Source of the DNA: Candidatus Anstonellales archaeon
GTDB taxonomy: Archaea > Micrarchaeota > Micrarchaeia > Anstonellales > CG1-02-47-40
NCBI GenBank assembly: GCA_038869735.1
Contig: JAWCQO010000001.1
Location: forward strand, 8,684-72,683
Direction of reading: 5' to 3'
DNA: 64,000 nucleotides
A program made the translations under genes and the position numbers. Below are positions 39,286-48,921 of this stretch, one piece after another (the stretch's first letter is position 1; each line of letters begins with the position of its first letter). Below the pieces are notes generated by a model. That model was not told where the DNA came from. It saw only the letters and a program-made list of their open reading frames with translations, and made no database searches.

Positions 39286-40713
39286 TTATCCTTTAATAAC
39301 TGCAACCGGCACCGTCTTTGCAACAATTCGTGAAATGCCGGCCTTTTGGACACTTAAGACGACCTCATCAACGTTTTTATAGGCAAGTGGTGCCTCTTCT
39401 GCAACTAACTCTCTGTCCCCGGCTTTTAGTAGGATATTTTTCTTTTCAAGAAGATCCTTGGCAATATCTTTGTCTCTGAATTCTTTTATTGCTTGACTCC
39501 TCGACATATCTCGTCCTGAACCGTGACAAGTTGAGCCCCATGTAAGTTCCATTGCCTTTTTTGTACCTATAAGAACGTATGAAGCTGTGCCCATTGACCC
39601 CGGGATTAAGACCGGCTGACCAACTGAACGATATGTGGGGGAGACGTCGTTGCAATCTGGTCCATAGGCACGGGTTGCACCTTTTCGATGAACACAAACA
39701 GTTATGCTTTTTCCGTTGTAAACGTGCTTTTCAAATTTTGCAATGTTGTGGCACACATCATAAATAAGAGGCATATTTTCAGAAGTTCCTTTTCCAAAAA
39801 CTTCATCAAAAGTTTCGCGAATCCAGTGCATCATAACGTGGCGGTTGTTAAAAGCGTAATTTATTGCACAGTTCATTCCTTTTATGTATTTTTCTGCTTC
39901 AGGTGAATTTATAGGCGCACAACAAAGTTCTTTGTCAGGAAGAGTTATGCCGTATTTTGATGAGGCTACTATCATTTCGTGCAAGGAATCGCTACAGACC
40001 TGATGACCGAATCCTCGAGAACCACAATGAAGCATAACAACTATTTTTCCCTTTTCAAGGCCAAATATCTTTGAGGTACGCTCATCTGCGACTTCTTGAA
40101 CTTTTTGTATTTCTACAAAATGATTTCCTGCTCCAACTGTTCCGAACTGTGGGGCGCCTCTTTTCTTTGCTGTTTTAGAGACCACAGAGGGATCTGCCCC
40201 CCCTATTCTTCCGAATTCTTCGCATCTCTCCTTGTCTTTTTTGGTCCCAAATCCTTTTTCTATGGCCCACTCAACTCCCCAAACCAGTGCTTCGTCTAAT
40301 TCCGACTCAGAAAGCTTTAGTCTTCCTTTTGAGCCTACACCACTTGGAACATTGCGAAAAAGCTTTTCAACAAGTTCACGCTTTTTTGGCTCAAGATCTT
40401 TTTCAGTAAGGTCAGTTGCTATAAGACGAACGCCGCAGTTGATATCATAGCCGACTCCGCCTGGAGAGATTATTCCCTCCTCTACACTAAATGCAGCAAC
40501 TCCTCCTATAGGGAACCCGTATCCTTCGTGTCCGTCAGGCATTACCATAGAAGCTTTGAGTATCCCTGGAAGTCTGGCTACATTTTTTAGTTGAGAAAGA
40601 GTTCTTCCACTTTTCATTTTTTCTACTAATACGTGACTCCCAAAAACCCACCCAGGGACGTTCATACCCTCTTCCTTTTCGATTTCCCAAACAGCTTCAG
40701 AAATCTCTCTCAT
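39286..40713 (-). CDS. rtcB: RNA-splicing ligase RtcB.
   Basis: MPDGHEGYGFPIGGV and downstream His-rich metal-site motifs; 475 aa. Confidence 0.95.
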   Translation of the reverse strand: MREISEAVWEIEKEEGMNVPGWVFGSHVLVEKMKSGRTLSQLKNVARLPGILKASMVMPDGHEGYGFPIGGVAAFSVEEGIISPGGVGYDINCGVRLIATDLTEKDLEPKKRELVEKLFRNVPSGVGSKGRLKLSESELDEALVWGVEWAIEKGFGTKKDKERCEEFGRIGGADPSVVSKTAKKRGAPQFGTVGAGNHFVEIQKVQEVADERTSKIFGLEKGKIVVMLHCGSRGFGHQVCSDSLHEMIVASSKYGITLPDKELCCAPINSPEAEKYIKGMNCAINYAFNNRHVMMHWIRETFDEVFGKGTSENMPLIYDVCHNIAKFEKHVYNGKSITVCVHRKGATRAYGPDCNDVSPTYRSVGQPVLIPGSMGTASYVLIGTKKAMELTWGSTCHGSGRDMSRSQAIKEFRDKDIAKDLLEKKNILLKAGDRELVAEEAPLAYKNVDEVVLSVQKAGISRIVAKTVPVAVIKG

Positions 40714-40800
40714 CTTAAAAACCCACCAAGCAAGCTGAAGAGTATTTTAAGAGATTATTTTGAGAAATATGTTTTTTATACTTACTTACAAAATAACACT

Positions 40801-42681
40801 ATGAAGTTGCTTACGGTACATTGTGATTTTCTGGAATTTGAGCCAATTTCCAAAGCATTAGCGACTGCTGAGGAGGTAGAGAAAGGCAAAAGAAGGATTG
40901 AGGAGTGCTTGGTATGTTTTATTGGAGTAGAAAGAGGAGATGAGGGAGCTTCTGGATTGGCAGATAGTGCATCAGAAGAGATACGAAGCGTAGCAACTCA
41001 GGTTAAAAGTAGTCGGATTGTGCTTTATCCGTGGGTGCATCTCACTCAAAATCCTGCTAATCCAAATGCTGCTCTGAAAATTATGAAAGAAATTGAAAGT
41101 ATCATCAGTAAGTGGGGAACTTTTGAGGTCCATAGAGCTCCATTTGGATGGTACAAATCATTTGAGATAAAATGCAAAGGCCATCCTCTTTCTGAGTTGT
41201 CAAGAGATCTAAAGGGTGGCGAAAAGAGAGTAGAAAAAAAAGGTGGGGAAGCGATTTCTGCTTCGCTCTCGCTAGAGGACAAAATTTTAAAGAGATATTA
41301 TATATTGGATGAAACAGGAAATCTTACGGAGATAGAAAAATTTGATTTTTCAACTTACCCAACACTAAAGAAGTTTGCAGAGTATGAGATGAGGAAAGTA
41401 CGTGCATATGAAAAAGAGCCACCCCACATTAAGATGATGCATGAACATAATATAGCTGATAGCGAACCTGGCTCGGATTCTGGGAATTTAAGATGGTACC
41501 CAAATGGGAGGTTAATAAAAAGGCTTTTAGAAACTGCAATTTCGCAATACTGTATAAATTATGGAGCAATGGAAGTTGAGACTCCAATTATGTATGATTT
41601 TGAGCACCCAACACTAAAAAAATACTTAAACCGTTTTCCCGCGCGCCAATATGTTGTCCAATCTGACGATAAAAACTATTTTTTGAGGTTTGCTGCGTGT
41701 TTTGGACAGTTTCTTATTGTTCACGACACAGTGATATCTTATAGAATATTGCCGCTAAAAATATTTGAGCTTACACGATATTCTTTTAGAAGAGAGCAAA
41801 CGGGGGAGGTTACTGGCTTAAAGAGGCTTCGTGCATTTACTATGCCAGATATGCATACTCTGTGCGCTGACATGGAAAGTGCAAAGAAGGAGTTTACACA
41901 GCAGTTTGAAAAGGCTATGGAATGGATAGCTCTTCTTGGACTTGACTTGGAAGTGGGATTTAGGATAGAAAAAAATTTTTGGGATAAAAACAAAGAATGG
42001 GTTATTGAACTTACAAAAAAATTTAGGAAGCCATTTTTCGTAGAAATGTTTGATGAGAGATATGCTTACTTTATTGCAAAGTTTGAATTTAATTTTGTGG
42101 ATAGTGCAGGAAAGGCTGCTGCCCTTTCAACGGTTCAGATAGATGTTGAAAATGCCGATAACTATGATATAGCGTATACTGATTCTAGTGGAAGGAAGAA
42201 AAGACCAATTATTCTTCATGCTTCTATTTCCGGAAGTCTAGAAAGAGTGGTCTATGCACTTCTTGAATCAGCTGCTATGAAAATTGCGGAAGGTAAGAAA
42301 GCTATGTTGCCTCTTTGGCTTGCGCCGACTCAGGTTAGGGTTATACCGCTTTCTGAAAAATACATTGACTACGCACTTGCAATTGCAGATAAATTAAGCT
42401 CAAAGAATGTAAGAGTTGATGTAGATGATAGACAAGAAACTTTTGGAAAAAAGATAAGAGAGGCTGAAAGAGAGTGGATTCCCTACATAGCTGTTGTAGG
42501 AGAGAAAGAAATCAAAGAAAACAAGATTGCAGTTACAATAAGAAAAACAGCTGAAAAGAAAATGATGGAGGTAGACGAAGTAGCAGAAGAGATACATAAT
42601 TTAACAAAAGGAATGCCGTTTGAAAAGCTTAGCTTAAGCATTCTACTCTCAAAAAGACCGATTATTTACCAGATGCAATAG
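40801..42681 (+). CDS. thrS: Threonyl-tRNA synthetase (archaeal type with N-terminal editing domain).
   Basis: Class II motifs and anticodon-binding C-terminus. The likely start is MKLLTVHCDFLEFEP (archaeal editing-domain start); the track ORF begins 168 nt earlier and overlaps rtcB antisense. Confidence 0.9.
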   Translation: MKLLTVHCDFLEFEPISKALATAEEVEKGKRRIEECLVCFIGVERGDEGASGLADSASEEIRSVATQVKSSRIVLYPWVHLTQNPANPNAALKIMKEIESIISKWGTFEVHRAPFGWYKSFEIKCKGHPLSELSRDLKGGEKRVEKKGGEAISASLSLEDKILKRYYILDETGNLTEIEKFDFSTYPTLKKFAEYEMRKVRAYEKEPPHIKMMHEHNIADSEPGSDSGNLRWYPNGRLIKRLLETAISQYCINYGAMEVETPIMYDFEHPTLKKYLNRFPARQYVVQSDDKNYFLRFAACFGQFLIVHDTVISYRILPLKIFELTRYSFRREQTGEVTGLKRLRAFTMPDMHTLCADMESAKKEFTQQFEKAMEWIALLGLDLEVGFRIEKNFWDKNKEWVIELTKKFRKPFFVEMFDERYAYFIAKFEFNFVDSAGKAAALSTVQIDVENADNYDIAYTDSSGRKKRPIILHASISGSLERVVYALLESAAMKIAEGKKAMLPLWLAPTQVRVIPLSEKYIDYALAIADKLSSKNVRVDVDDRQETFGKKIREAEREWIPYIAVVGEKEIKENKIAVTIRKTAEKKMMEVDEVAEEIHNLTKGMPFEKLSLSILLSKRPIIYQMQ

Positions 42682-43378
42682 AGGGCATGCACGCAAGCGC
42701 CATTTCTAAAAGAAGATTTTTTGGTCTTGAAGACATTACAAATGCTGATGAGAGCAAAACCCCAGACGTGCCTAATTCTATTGCCCTTTTTACATCTTTG
42801 GCAGTTGATATTCCTGCACCACACAAAACAGGTATGTCTGCAATTGATTTTACTTGTTTTATTGCTCTAATCACAACTTGTGGTTTTGCTACTGAAACTG
42901 AAATGCCTGTTCCAATTAGTTCAGGTGGCTCAATAGCTATATAATCCGGGTTTAAATTTGCAGCCATTTTTAGCTCGCGTGCGTTGGCTGCGCAGATAAT
43001 AAGCTCAAGTGATAGCTTCCTAGCAATATTGATTATGGATATAAGCTCTTCTTTTTTTATCTTTCTTTCAGCGTGATTTAGCATTATTCCAGTTGCACCT
43101 GCGTCCTTTATTGCAAACGGTATTAGTGACCCTGTATGGGCACCTGCTTCAAAACCTTCGGCGGTCTGAGCAAAAACCTCTACTCCTGTTCGGGTGCATT
43201 CTCTCAAGTCGACTGACTGAGGGCAGCAGATTATTCTAGTACCTGTCTTTTTTGAAACGAGTTTTGCAACTTTGCAAAGTTCGACCGCCCTTTTTCCTGT
43301 GGATTCTTTATATGCTTTGAAATTGAGTACTATGAAAGGCTTCATAGGTATTACCCTTGATGAATCAAGATTAAACAC
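42662..43378 (-). CDS. tpiA: Triosephosphate isomerase (archaeal short form).
   Basis: 238 aa TIM barrel with conserved ..AIEPPELIGTG.. region. Confidence 0.85.
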   Translation of the reverse strand: MFNLDSSRVIPMKPFIVLNFKAYKESTGKRAVELCKVAKLVSKKTGTRIICCPQSVDLRECTRTGVEVFAQTAEGFEAGAHTGSLIPFAIKDAGATGIMLNHAERKIKKEELISIINIARKLSLELIICAANARELKMAANLNPDYIAIEPPELIGTGISVSVAKPQVVIRAIKQVKSIADIPVLCGAGISTAKDVKRAIELGTSGVLLSSAFVMSSRPKNLLLEMALACMPSIASGK

Positions 43379-43412
43379 TCAAGATTAATAATAATTTAAT
43401 AGATAACTTTTA

Positions 43413-43552
43413 GAGTATATGTGCCGAGGTCGCATAATCTGGTAGTGCGCCAGTCTCGAAACTTTGAGAACGGTTGTGAGAGAACTGGTCCCTTAATGGG
43501 GTTAGGAGTTCGAACGGGCAAGCCTTCAATTATGGCGGCTTCTGAATCTCTC
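43413..43552 (+). tRNA. tRNA-Ser (CGA) with a canonical 22-nt anticodon-loop intron and a putative second ~34-nt intron in the T-loop (59/60).
   Basis: Manual fold: acceptor GCCGAGG/CCTCGGC, 3-bp D stem GCA/TGC with a long D loop, anticodon stem CCAGT/ACTGG around loop CTCGAAA, long variable arm TCCC-TTAA-TGGGG, T stem AGGAG/CTCCT interrupted after TTCGAA, discriminator G. Confidence 0.5.
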
Positions 43553-44192
43553 CTCCTCGGCGTTTTGCTATTTTTGATTTTTCTTTTTCCTCACAAACTA
43601 TGAGAGCGTGGTATTCTTGATAAAGCTCGTAACTTTTTTTCAGGTTTTTTTCGAATATCTCCTTCATTTGCTCATACGTAAGACTCTCTGAGGGAATGGC
43701 TATACTAGCAAGAAATCGCTTTGTGTATTCATCTATCACAAAAGTCGGCACTTTGTAGGCATAAAGGAGTATTGAATCTGCTGTTTCTGGTCCGATGCCC
43801 CAAACCTTCAAAAGCTCTGTGCGTGTCGGAGTCCTACCCCGAAGTGATATATAGAACTTGGAAAACTCACAAAGTTTTCTTGTTTTTTGGTTGGAGTAAC
43901 CTGCCGGAGTTATTGCTTTTTTTAATTTTTTTCTGTCTTGCCGAAGGATGAGCTGGGGGTCAAGAAGAGAGAGGCTGTGGAGATTTTCAATTGATTTATA
44001 GGCACCTGTCCAAGATGTATTTTGGGTAAGAATTGCGCCTATGCATATTTCAAATTTTTGCTTTTCTGATTTTGGGTACGTGTAATCCCGAGGATGATAA
44101 CCAATTGATATAAGCGGCCACCAGCCCTGGTAACCATGTTTTCTAAGAAGGTGGCGATATAGGGATTGTAGCTTTGAGCGAAAGTCGTCCAT
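43530..44192 (-). CDS. HhH-GPD family DNA glycosylase (endonuclease III-like, apparently without the Fe-S cysteine cluster).
   Basis: ILTQNTSW and VWGIGPETADSILLYA (HhH-GPD) motifs. No C-terminal Cx6Cx2Cx5C. Confidence 0.7.
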   Translation of the reverse strand: MDDFRSKLQSLYRHLLRKHGYQGWWPLISIGYHPRDYTYPKSEKQKFEICIGAILTQNTSWTGAYKSIENLHSLSLLDPQLILRQDRKKLKKAITPAGYSNQKTRKLCEFSKFYISLRGRTPTRTELLKVWGIGPETADSILLYAYKVPTFVIDEYTKRFLASIAIPSESLTYEQMKEIFEKNLKKSYELYQEYHALIVCEEKEKSKIAKRRGGEIQKPP

Positions 44193-44242
44193 GTTTTTAA
44201 AATATGAATGAAAAATTAATATGCTTGAACTTGTTCATATGC

Positions 44243-44314
44243 GCCTCCGTAGCTCAGTGGTAGAGCGCCTGTCTCGTAAACAGGAGGTCACGAGTTCAAA
44301 TCTCGTCGGGGGCT
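44243..44314 (+). tRNA. tRNA-Thr (CGU), intronless.
   Basis: Canonical cloverleaf: GCCTCCG acceptor, TAGCTCAGTGGTAGAGC D arm, anticodon loop CTCGTAA, T arm ACGAG-TTCAAAT-CTCGT, discriminator U. Confidence 0.9.
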
Positions 44315-44375
44315 TCGGATTCAAAAGTGTTAAATATAAGAAAAAAGAAAAGTCGCTTGGAGGGGGGTAGGAACA

Positions 44376-44687
44376 ATGAAAAGAATCTATGAAATAATGA
44401 TAGAAAAGAAAGCAGATTTAAAAAAAATACTTGAAGACGATCCTTATGGATTATTTTCATTTGCAAAGAACGGCTATAAGCTCCGTGATGGGGACGTTAT
44501 TGGCGAGGATAAAAACAAGTGTTATCTCTACTTAGTAAGCGAGGAGGAGAAATTCTTTGAGTTTGCAAAAAAGAAGTTGAGTGGAATTGGAAATGAAGCA
44601 AATGTAGAAGTCGCTAGAAGGGTTGCTGAAAAAATAGAAAACGAAGAAACCAGTGCAGAGATAGGGATGGGAACAATATTTGGTTAA
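44376..44687 (+). CDS. Hypothetical small cytoplasmic protein.
   Basis: ORF with a GGAGG motif upstream (..tggaggggggtaggaacaATG). Confidence 0.4.
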   Translation: MKRIYEIMIEKKADLKKILEDDPYGLFSFAKNGYKLRDGDVIGEDKNKCYLYLVSEEEKFFEFAKKKLSGIGNEANVEVARRVAEKIENEETSAEIGMGTIFG

Positions 44688-44766
44688 TTTTGAAAGATGA
44701 TGATATCGAGGTATTTCTGAATCTTGGCTCTGACCAGGATGATGACGAAGGTCTTGAGTTGCTGAA

Positions 44767-45582
44767 TCAATTTTTATTTCCCATATAGATAAAAAAGAAA
44801 ATAATCAAATAGGTGAAATAAACAACGAACTGCTCAAGTGAGGGGTTAGTGTCATACCCTATTAAGCCTTTTAGTATACTTCCAATATATCCCTTTTCAT
44901 GAAAGAGAGGGTAACTTCCATCTGAGTTTATTGGTGGGGTGAAGTCATAAACTGATTTTATTGAAGTTGGGAGGATGCCAGCTTCTTGAAGTTCGTGCAC
45001 TCCTTGAGAAAGAAGGCCTGCTGATAAAAGAGCTAGTATAGTGGTTGTTATCTTGAAAAACAAGTGAAGATTGACTCTTTTTGAGTATTCAAAGATAGCT
45101 ATACCAACCATAACTGCACTTGCAAGCCCCAATATTGATGAAACAAGCGAAAGAGAACCAGTTGATAAGTATATCCCTGCCAGAAATAAAACGGATTCTA
45201 CTCCCTCTCTAAAAACGGATACGAACGCGAGCGAAAAGAGAGCTAAAGAAGATGAAGATAGCAAAGTCGCCTTTACATCCGCTTGAATCTTTTTTTCAAT
45301 ATCTTTTTGTTTTATCATCCATAGCATAAACCACGTCACAAGAAGAGACGCCATAATCATAAAAACTCCTTCAAAAACCTCTTCAATCTCTTTAAATCCA
45401 CCAAGAAAATGGCTCACAAATATGGCAAATATGATACTTGCTAAAACTCCGCTACACGCCCCAACCCAGATATGTTTTTCATGCTGTATGTTTTTTGTTT
45501 TGTGAAGAAAAGTTAGCATTATCCCGATAATCAAGGCTGCTTCTATACTTTCCCTAAAAAGGACTATAAATTCTGCAAGCAT
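44767..45582 (-). CDS. High-affinity iron permease FTR1/EfeU family.
   Basis: REGVESVLF (RExxE) motif within multi-TM helices; 271 aa. Confidence 0.7.
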   Translation of the reverse strand: MLAEFIVLFRESIEAALIIGIMLTFLHKTKNIQHEKHIWVGACSGVLASIIFAIFVSHFLGGFKEIEEVFEGVFMIMASLLVTWFMLWMIKQKDIEKKIQADVKATLLSSSSLALFSLAFVSVFREGVESVLFLAGIYLSTGSLSLVSSILGLASAVMVGIAIFEYSKRVNLHLFFKITTTILALLSAGLLSQGVHELQEAGILPTSIKSVYDFTPPINSDGSYPLFHEKGYIGSILKGLIGYDTNPSLEQFVVYFTYLIIFFFIYMGNKN

Positions 45583-45658
45583 GAAACGTATTTCATTTTA
45601 AAAGTTTAAAAAGATTACATGAATAGACTTAAGTCAGATGGATTTGTAGGGTATCTGA

Positions 45659-45841
45659 ATGGAGCATATGGATGCTTTTGCAAAAAGACTCGCATATTCA
45701 ATAGTAGGCGGGGCACTTGTTGGCATACTGGTCATGCTCTTTTTTCTTAAAGAGTATCCTCTCTATGTGGGCGTTGTTGTTGGCTCTATTTTAGGAGCTG
45801 TTTTTGCTATTGTTGTTGGAAGTCTTGAAAAAGAGATCTAA
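45659..45841 (+). CDS. Small two-TM membrane protein (60 aa).
   Basis: Two hydrophobic helices, Gly-rich; ORF only. Confidence 0.3.
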   Translation: MEHMDAFAKRLAYSIVGGALVGILVMLFFLKEYPLYVGVVVGSILGAVFAIVVGSLEKEI

Positions 45842-47232
45842 ATTCGCAACTGTGATTTTTTTCTTAATCTGAAAACCGCCCTTTTGTAAGCCGACAAGTC
45901 AATATGTGCCATATCAAATCTGGCATCAGCTGATTTGTCAGGATTTGTTGCTATTTTTAGCTCTTCATCTGAGATTTTTATTCCGGATTTAAGCTCAAGT
46001 TCTTTTGATGTAAGCGAGGAGAGATAAATTTCTTTTTGTATGCATTCTTTTACTATTTTTCCAGTAAGCTCATGTGCTTCTCTAAATGGAATTCCTTTTT
46101 TGCAAAGAAGGTCCGCAAGTTCGGTGGAACAAGCGTATCCTTTTTCAAGCTCGTATATTACTTCTTCTTTGTTAATCTTGATTTGAGGTAATACCTCTGA
46201 CATTAGAGAGATAGATTCTTTGGTCATATCAATTGAGGAGAAAAGTAGTGGTTTGATCTCTTGCGTATCTGAGTTGAACCCTGAAGGAAGTCCTTTTAGT
46301 ATAGTAAGGATTGACAGCAAATTTCCTATCGTGCGAGAAGCTCTAGCACGCATAATTTCCAGAAAGTCAGCGTTCTTTTTTTGAGGCATAATAGATGAGC
46401 CAGTACAATAAGCATCTGGTATTTCTATAATCCCTTTTTCGGATAAAAATAGGAATTCTTCTGATATGCGTGAGAGCTTAATCATAATTGAGGAGAGGAT
46501 ATAGACGAATTCACTTTCTAGTTCCCCTCTGTTTGTTGAAACGTCATGAGCATTATCTTGCACGCCTTGAAAGCCAAGTAACTTAGCAGTGTACTCTCTA
46601 TTTATATTCCAAGTTGTACCGGCAACTGCGCATGCACCAAGAGGATTTTGATTTATGCGTGAGTGGAGATTAAAAATCCGTTCCAAATCCCTCAAAATGG
46701 CCCTCTTATAGCTATCTGCCCAAAAGGCAAGGGTTATTGGTTGAGCAACGCGTGTGTGAGTGTAGGAAATGAATGGGAGATTTATTTTTTTCAATAGGTC
46801 AAGTGAAGTGCAAAGATTTAGAATCATTAATGCAATACTTATAAGCTCATCACGCATGTAAAGGCGCATATCTAGAATAACTTGATCGTTTCTTGAGCGT
46901 GCTGTGTGCATCTTCTTTCCGTGAGGGGTCATTTTCGAAACTTCAACTTCTATATTCATATGAACATCTTCCAACGAAGGATTAAGGGAAAACTGACCTT
47001 TTTTGTATTTTTTTAATAGCTTTTCAAGTGCCTTGATAATCGATGCTGCTTCCTTTTTGGTTAGTATGTTCTGGTGCCTGAGCATCTTGACATGGGCAAT
47101 CGAACCAATTATATCATAAGGTATAAGGCGATAGTCGTTTACAATGTTCTCTTTGCTGTTGTAAGATAGCAAATTTGCTTTAGGTGTTTGCGAAAACCTG
47201 CCTCCCCATAGCATATTCTTTGTGTTTTTCAT
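45838..47232 (-). CDS. argH: Argininosuccinate lyase.
   Basis: N-terminal LWGGRFS and fumarate-lyase signature; 464 aa. Confidence 0.95.
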   Translation of the reverse strand: MKNTKNMLWGGRFSQTPKANLLSYNSKENIVNDYRLIPYDIIGSIAHVKMLRHQNILTKKEAASIIKALEKLLKKYKKGQFSLNPSLEDVHMNIEVEVSKMTPHGKKMHTARSRNDQVILDMRLYMRDELISIALMILNLCTSLDLLKKINLPFISYTHTRVAQPITLAFWADSYKRAILRDLERIFNLHSRINQNPLGACAVAGTTWNINREYTAKLLGFQGVQDNAHDVSTNRGELESEFVYILSSIMIKLSRISEEFLFLSEKGIIEIPDAYCTGSSIMPQKKNADFLEIMRARASRTIGNLLSILTILKGLPSGFNSDTQEIKPLLFSSIDMTKESISLMSEVLPQIKINKEEVIYELEKGYACSTELADLLCKKGIPFREAHELTGKIVKECIQKEIYLSSLTSKELELKSGIKISDEELKIATNPDKSADARFDMAHIDLSAYKRAVFRLRKKSQLRI

Positions 47233-47268
47233 AGATTGGATAGTAACACCTAAGTTTTAAATGTTTCA

Positions 47269-47877
47269 TTATTTTTCTACTCTTCTTTTTGGTTTTGAAA
47301 TATATGTCCTTAGCAACTGAAATGTTCGCTCAGTATCGCTTGCGCTTAAAACAAGGATAGTGTCGTAATGACATGATATAACTTCCACAACATTTATCCC
47401 TTCTTGAGCAAGTGTATTTAGAATCAAGGAAACCACACCGGGGGTACTCTCAAGCTCTTTTCCTGAGCATATTGTAATCATATCTACATTTTTTATAAGT
47501 CGCTCGTAATGTCTTATATTTGCAATGTTCTCTTGGTCAACAACTGACATTATCCCGCTTTTGCTAGTGGAGACTGCAAGGACAGGAACTTTTAGAGGGG
47601 CTTTTGATATAACGACGCACAGACCTGTCCGAACCTCAATAGTGCTGCGTTTGAGAACATTTAAGGCGTTTTCTTCTATCTTGTCGAAATAATCTTCTTT
47701 TTTTGATTCTCTCAAAAGGGCAGCGCGTATTGCGACGTGGGCTTTCTTATTTTGATAAAGCTCAAGCGCTAGCAACTTCGCAAGTGAAGAACAGTTTATT
47801 ATTTTGTCTTTTAAGTGTCTTCTAAGGATAGGGCGTGCGCGAAGGTACAAACGAATATCTTGAGAGTAGTTTGGCAT
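47269..47877 (-). CDS. ACT-domain protein (putative amino-acid-binding regulator).
   Basis: C-terminal ACT-like beta-alpha-beta-beta-alpha-beta segment; lies within the arginine cluster. Confidence 0.4.
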   Translation of the reverse strand: MPNYSQDIRLYLRARPILRRHLKDKIINCSSLAKLLALELYQNKKAHVAIRAALLRESKKEDYFDKIEENALNVLKRSTIEVRTGLCVVISKAPLKVPVLAVSTSKSGIMSVVDQENIANIRHYERLIKNVDMITICSGKELESTPGVVSLILNTLAQEGINVVEVISCHYDTILVLSASDTERTFQLLRTYISKPKRRVEK

Positions 47878-47995
47878 GACAGGGTTATGGTAAAAGCTGG
47901 TATAAAAGATAGATGTTTAAAATTTAACAAAATAGTCATTTTGGATTGAAGTTTTAACATTACTTAAATTTAATTTTGCATTTAAAATTAAAGTC

Positions 47996-48847
47996 ATGGA
48001 GATTGGAGTTGTTTACTCTTTTGTTGGTTTTGAGACGAAGGAGATTTTTCATTCCGCCCAAAAAAGTGGAGTTATGCTTAGAAGGATAAAGGATGAGGAA
48101 GCCGTCCTTGACATACAAAAAAACGGGGATGCGTTTCCGGACCTAAGCTTTATGCGTTCTGTGTCAACTTCAAGAAGTATTTACATATCAAAGTATCTGG
48201 AATGCAGCGGAAAGAGAAGCATAAATAAAAGCAATACGTTTGAGGTGTGTGGGGATAAAGCATTAACTTCAATGATGCTTGCCAAGGAAGGTATAGAGAC
48301 CCCAAAAACGGTTATCTGCTTCAGCCCAGAGGTTGCAAAAAAAAGCGCTGATATTATTAGTTATCCTTACGTCGTTAAGCCTGTCGTTGGAAGTTGGGGC
48401 AGGTTAGTACATAAGGTTAACGACCCCGAAGCTGCAACTGCTATTTTTGAATACAAGGAGCTTATGCAGAATCCGATGCACAGGATTTATTATATGCAGG
48501 AGTATATAGAAAAAGAGGGCAAAGACATTCGCGTGATAGTTTGCGGAACAGAAGTAATTGGGGCAATTTCTCGAATTTCAAACAATGGCGATTTCAGAAC
48601 AAACCATCATTTGGGCGGTATGGTGGAGGAGTATAGAATTGAAGGGGAGATTGAGGAGGTATGTGCAAAGATTGGCGAAGTTTTTGGTGGTGAGGAGATA
48701 TTGGGTATAGATTTGGCTAAATCAACGGATGGCTTAAAGGTACTTGAAGTAAACCACACTCCGGAGTTTACAGGATTTTGTAAAGCTACCGGAACAAATG
48801 TAGCGGATAAGATGATTGAACATATAAAAAGAATAATAAAATCATAG
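47996..48847 (+). CDS. ATP-grasp ligase of the RimK/LysX/ArgX family.
   Basis: 283-aa ATP-grasp with the characteristic C-terminal DLAKSTDGLKVLEVNHTPEF. Confidence 0.7.
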   Translation: MEIGVVYSFVGFETKEIFHSAQKSGVMLRRIKDEEAVLDIQKNGDAFPDLSFMRSVSTSRSIYISKYLECSGKRSINKSNTFEVCGDKALTSMMLAKEGIETPKTVICFSPEVAKKSADIISYPYVVKPVVGSWGRLVHKVNDPEAATAIFEYKELMQNPMHRIYYMQEYIEKEGKDIRVIVCGTEVIGAISRISNNGDFRTNHHLGGMVEEYRIEGEIEEVCAKIGEVFGGEEILGIDLAKSTDGLKVLEVNHTPEFTGFCKATGTNVADKMIEHIKRIIKS

Positions 48848-48921
48848 AAGAATAAAACTTGAAACACATTATAGTATAGATTATAAATACTTCTATGTAA
48901 ATTATTATCCTTGGGTTTTCT

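Noticed and set aside
40633-40800. N-terminal extension of the thrS ORF overlapping the rtcB 5' end.
   Set aside because: The conserved archaeal ThrRS editing-domain start MKLL... lies at 40801. The extension is antisense to rtcB.
43530-44192. Possible Fe-S endonuclease III call for the HhH-GPD protein.
   Set aside because: The C-terminal four-Cys cluster is absent, so I called it only a generic HhH-GPD glycosylase.
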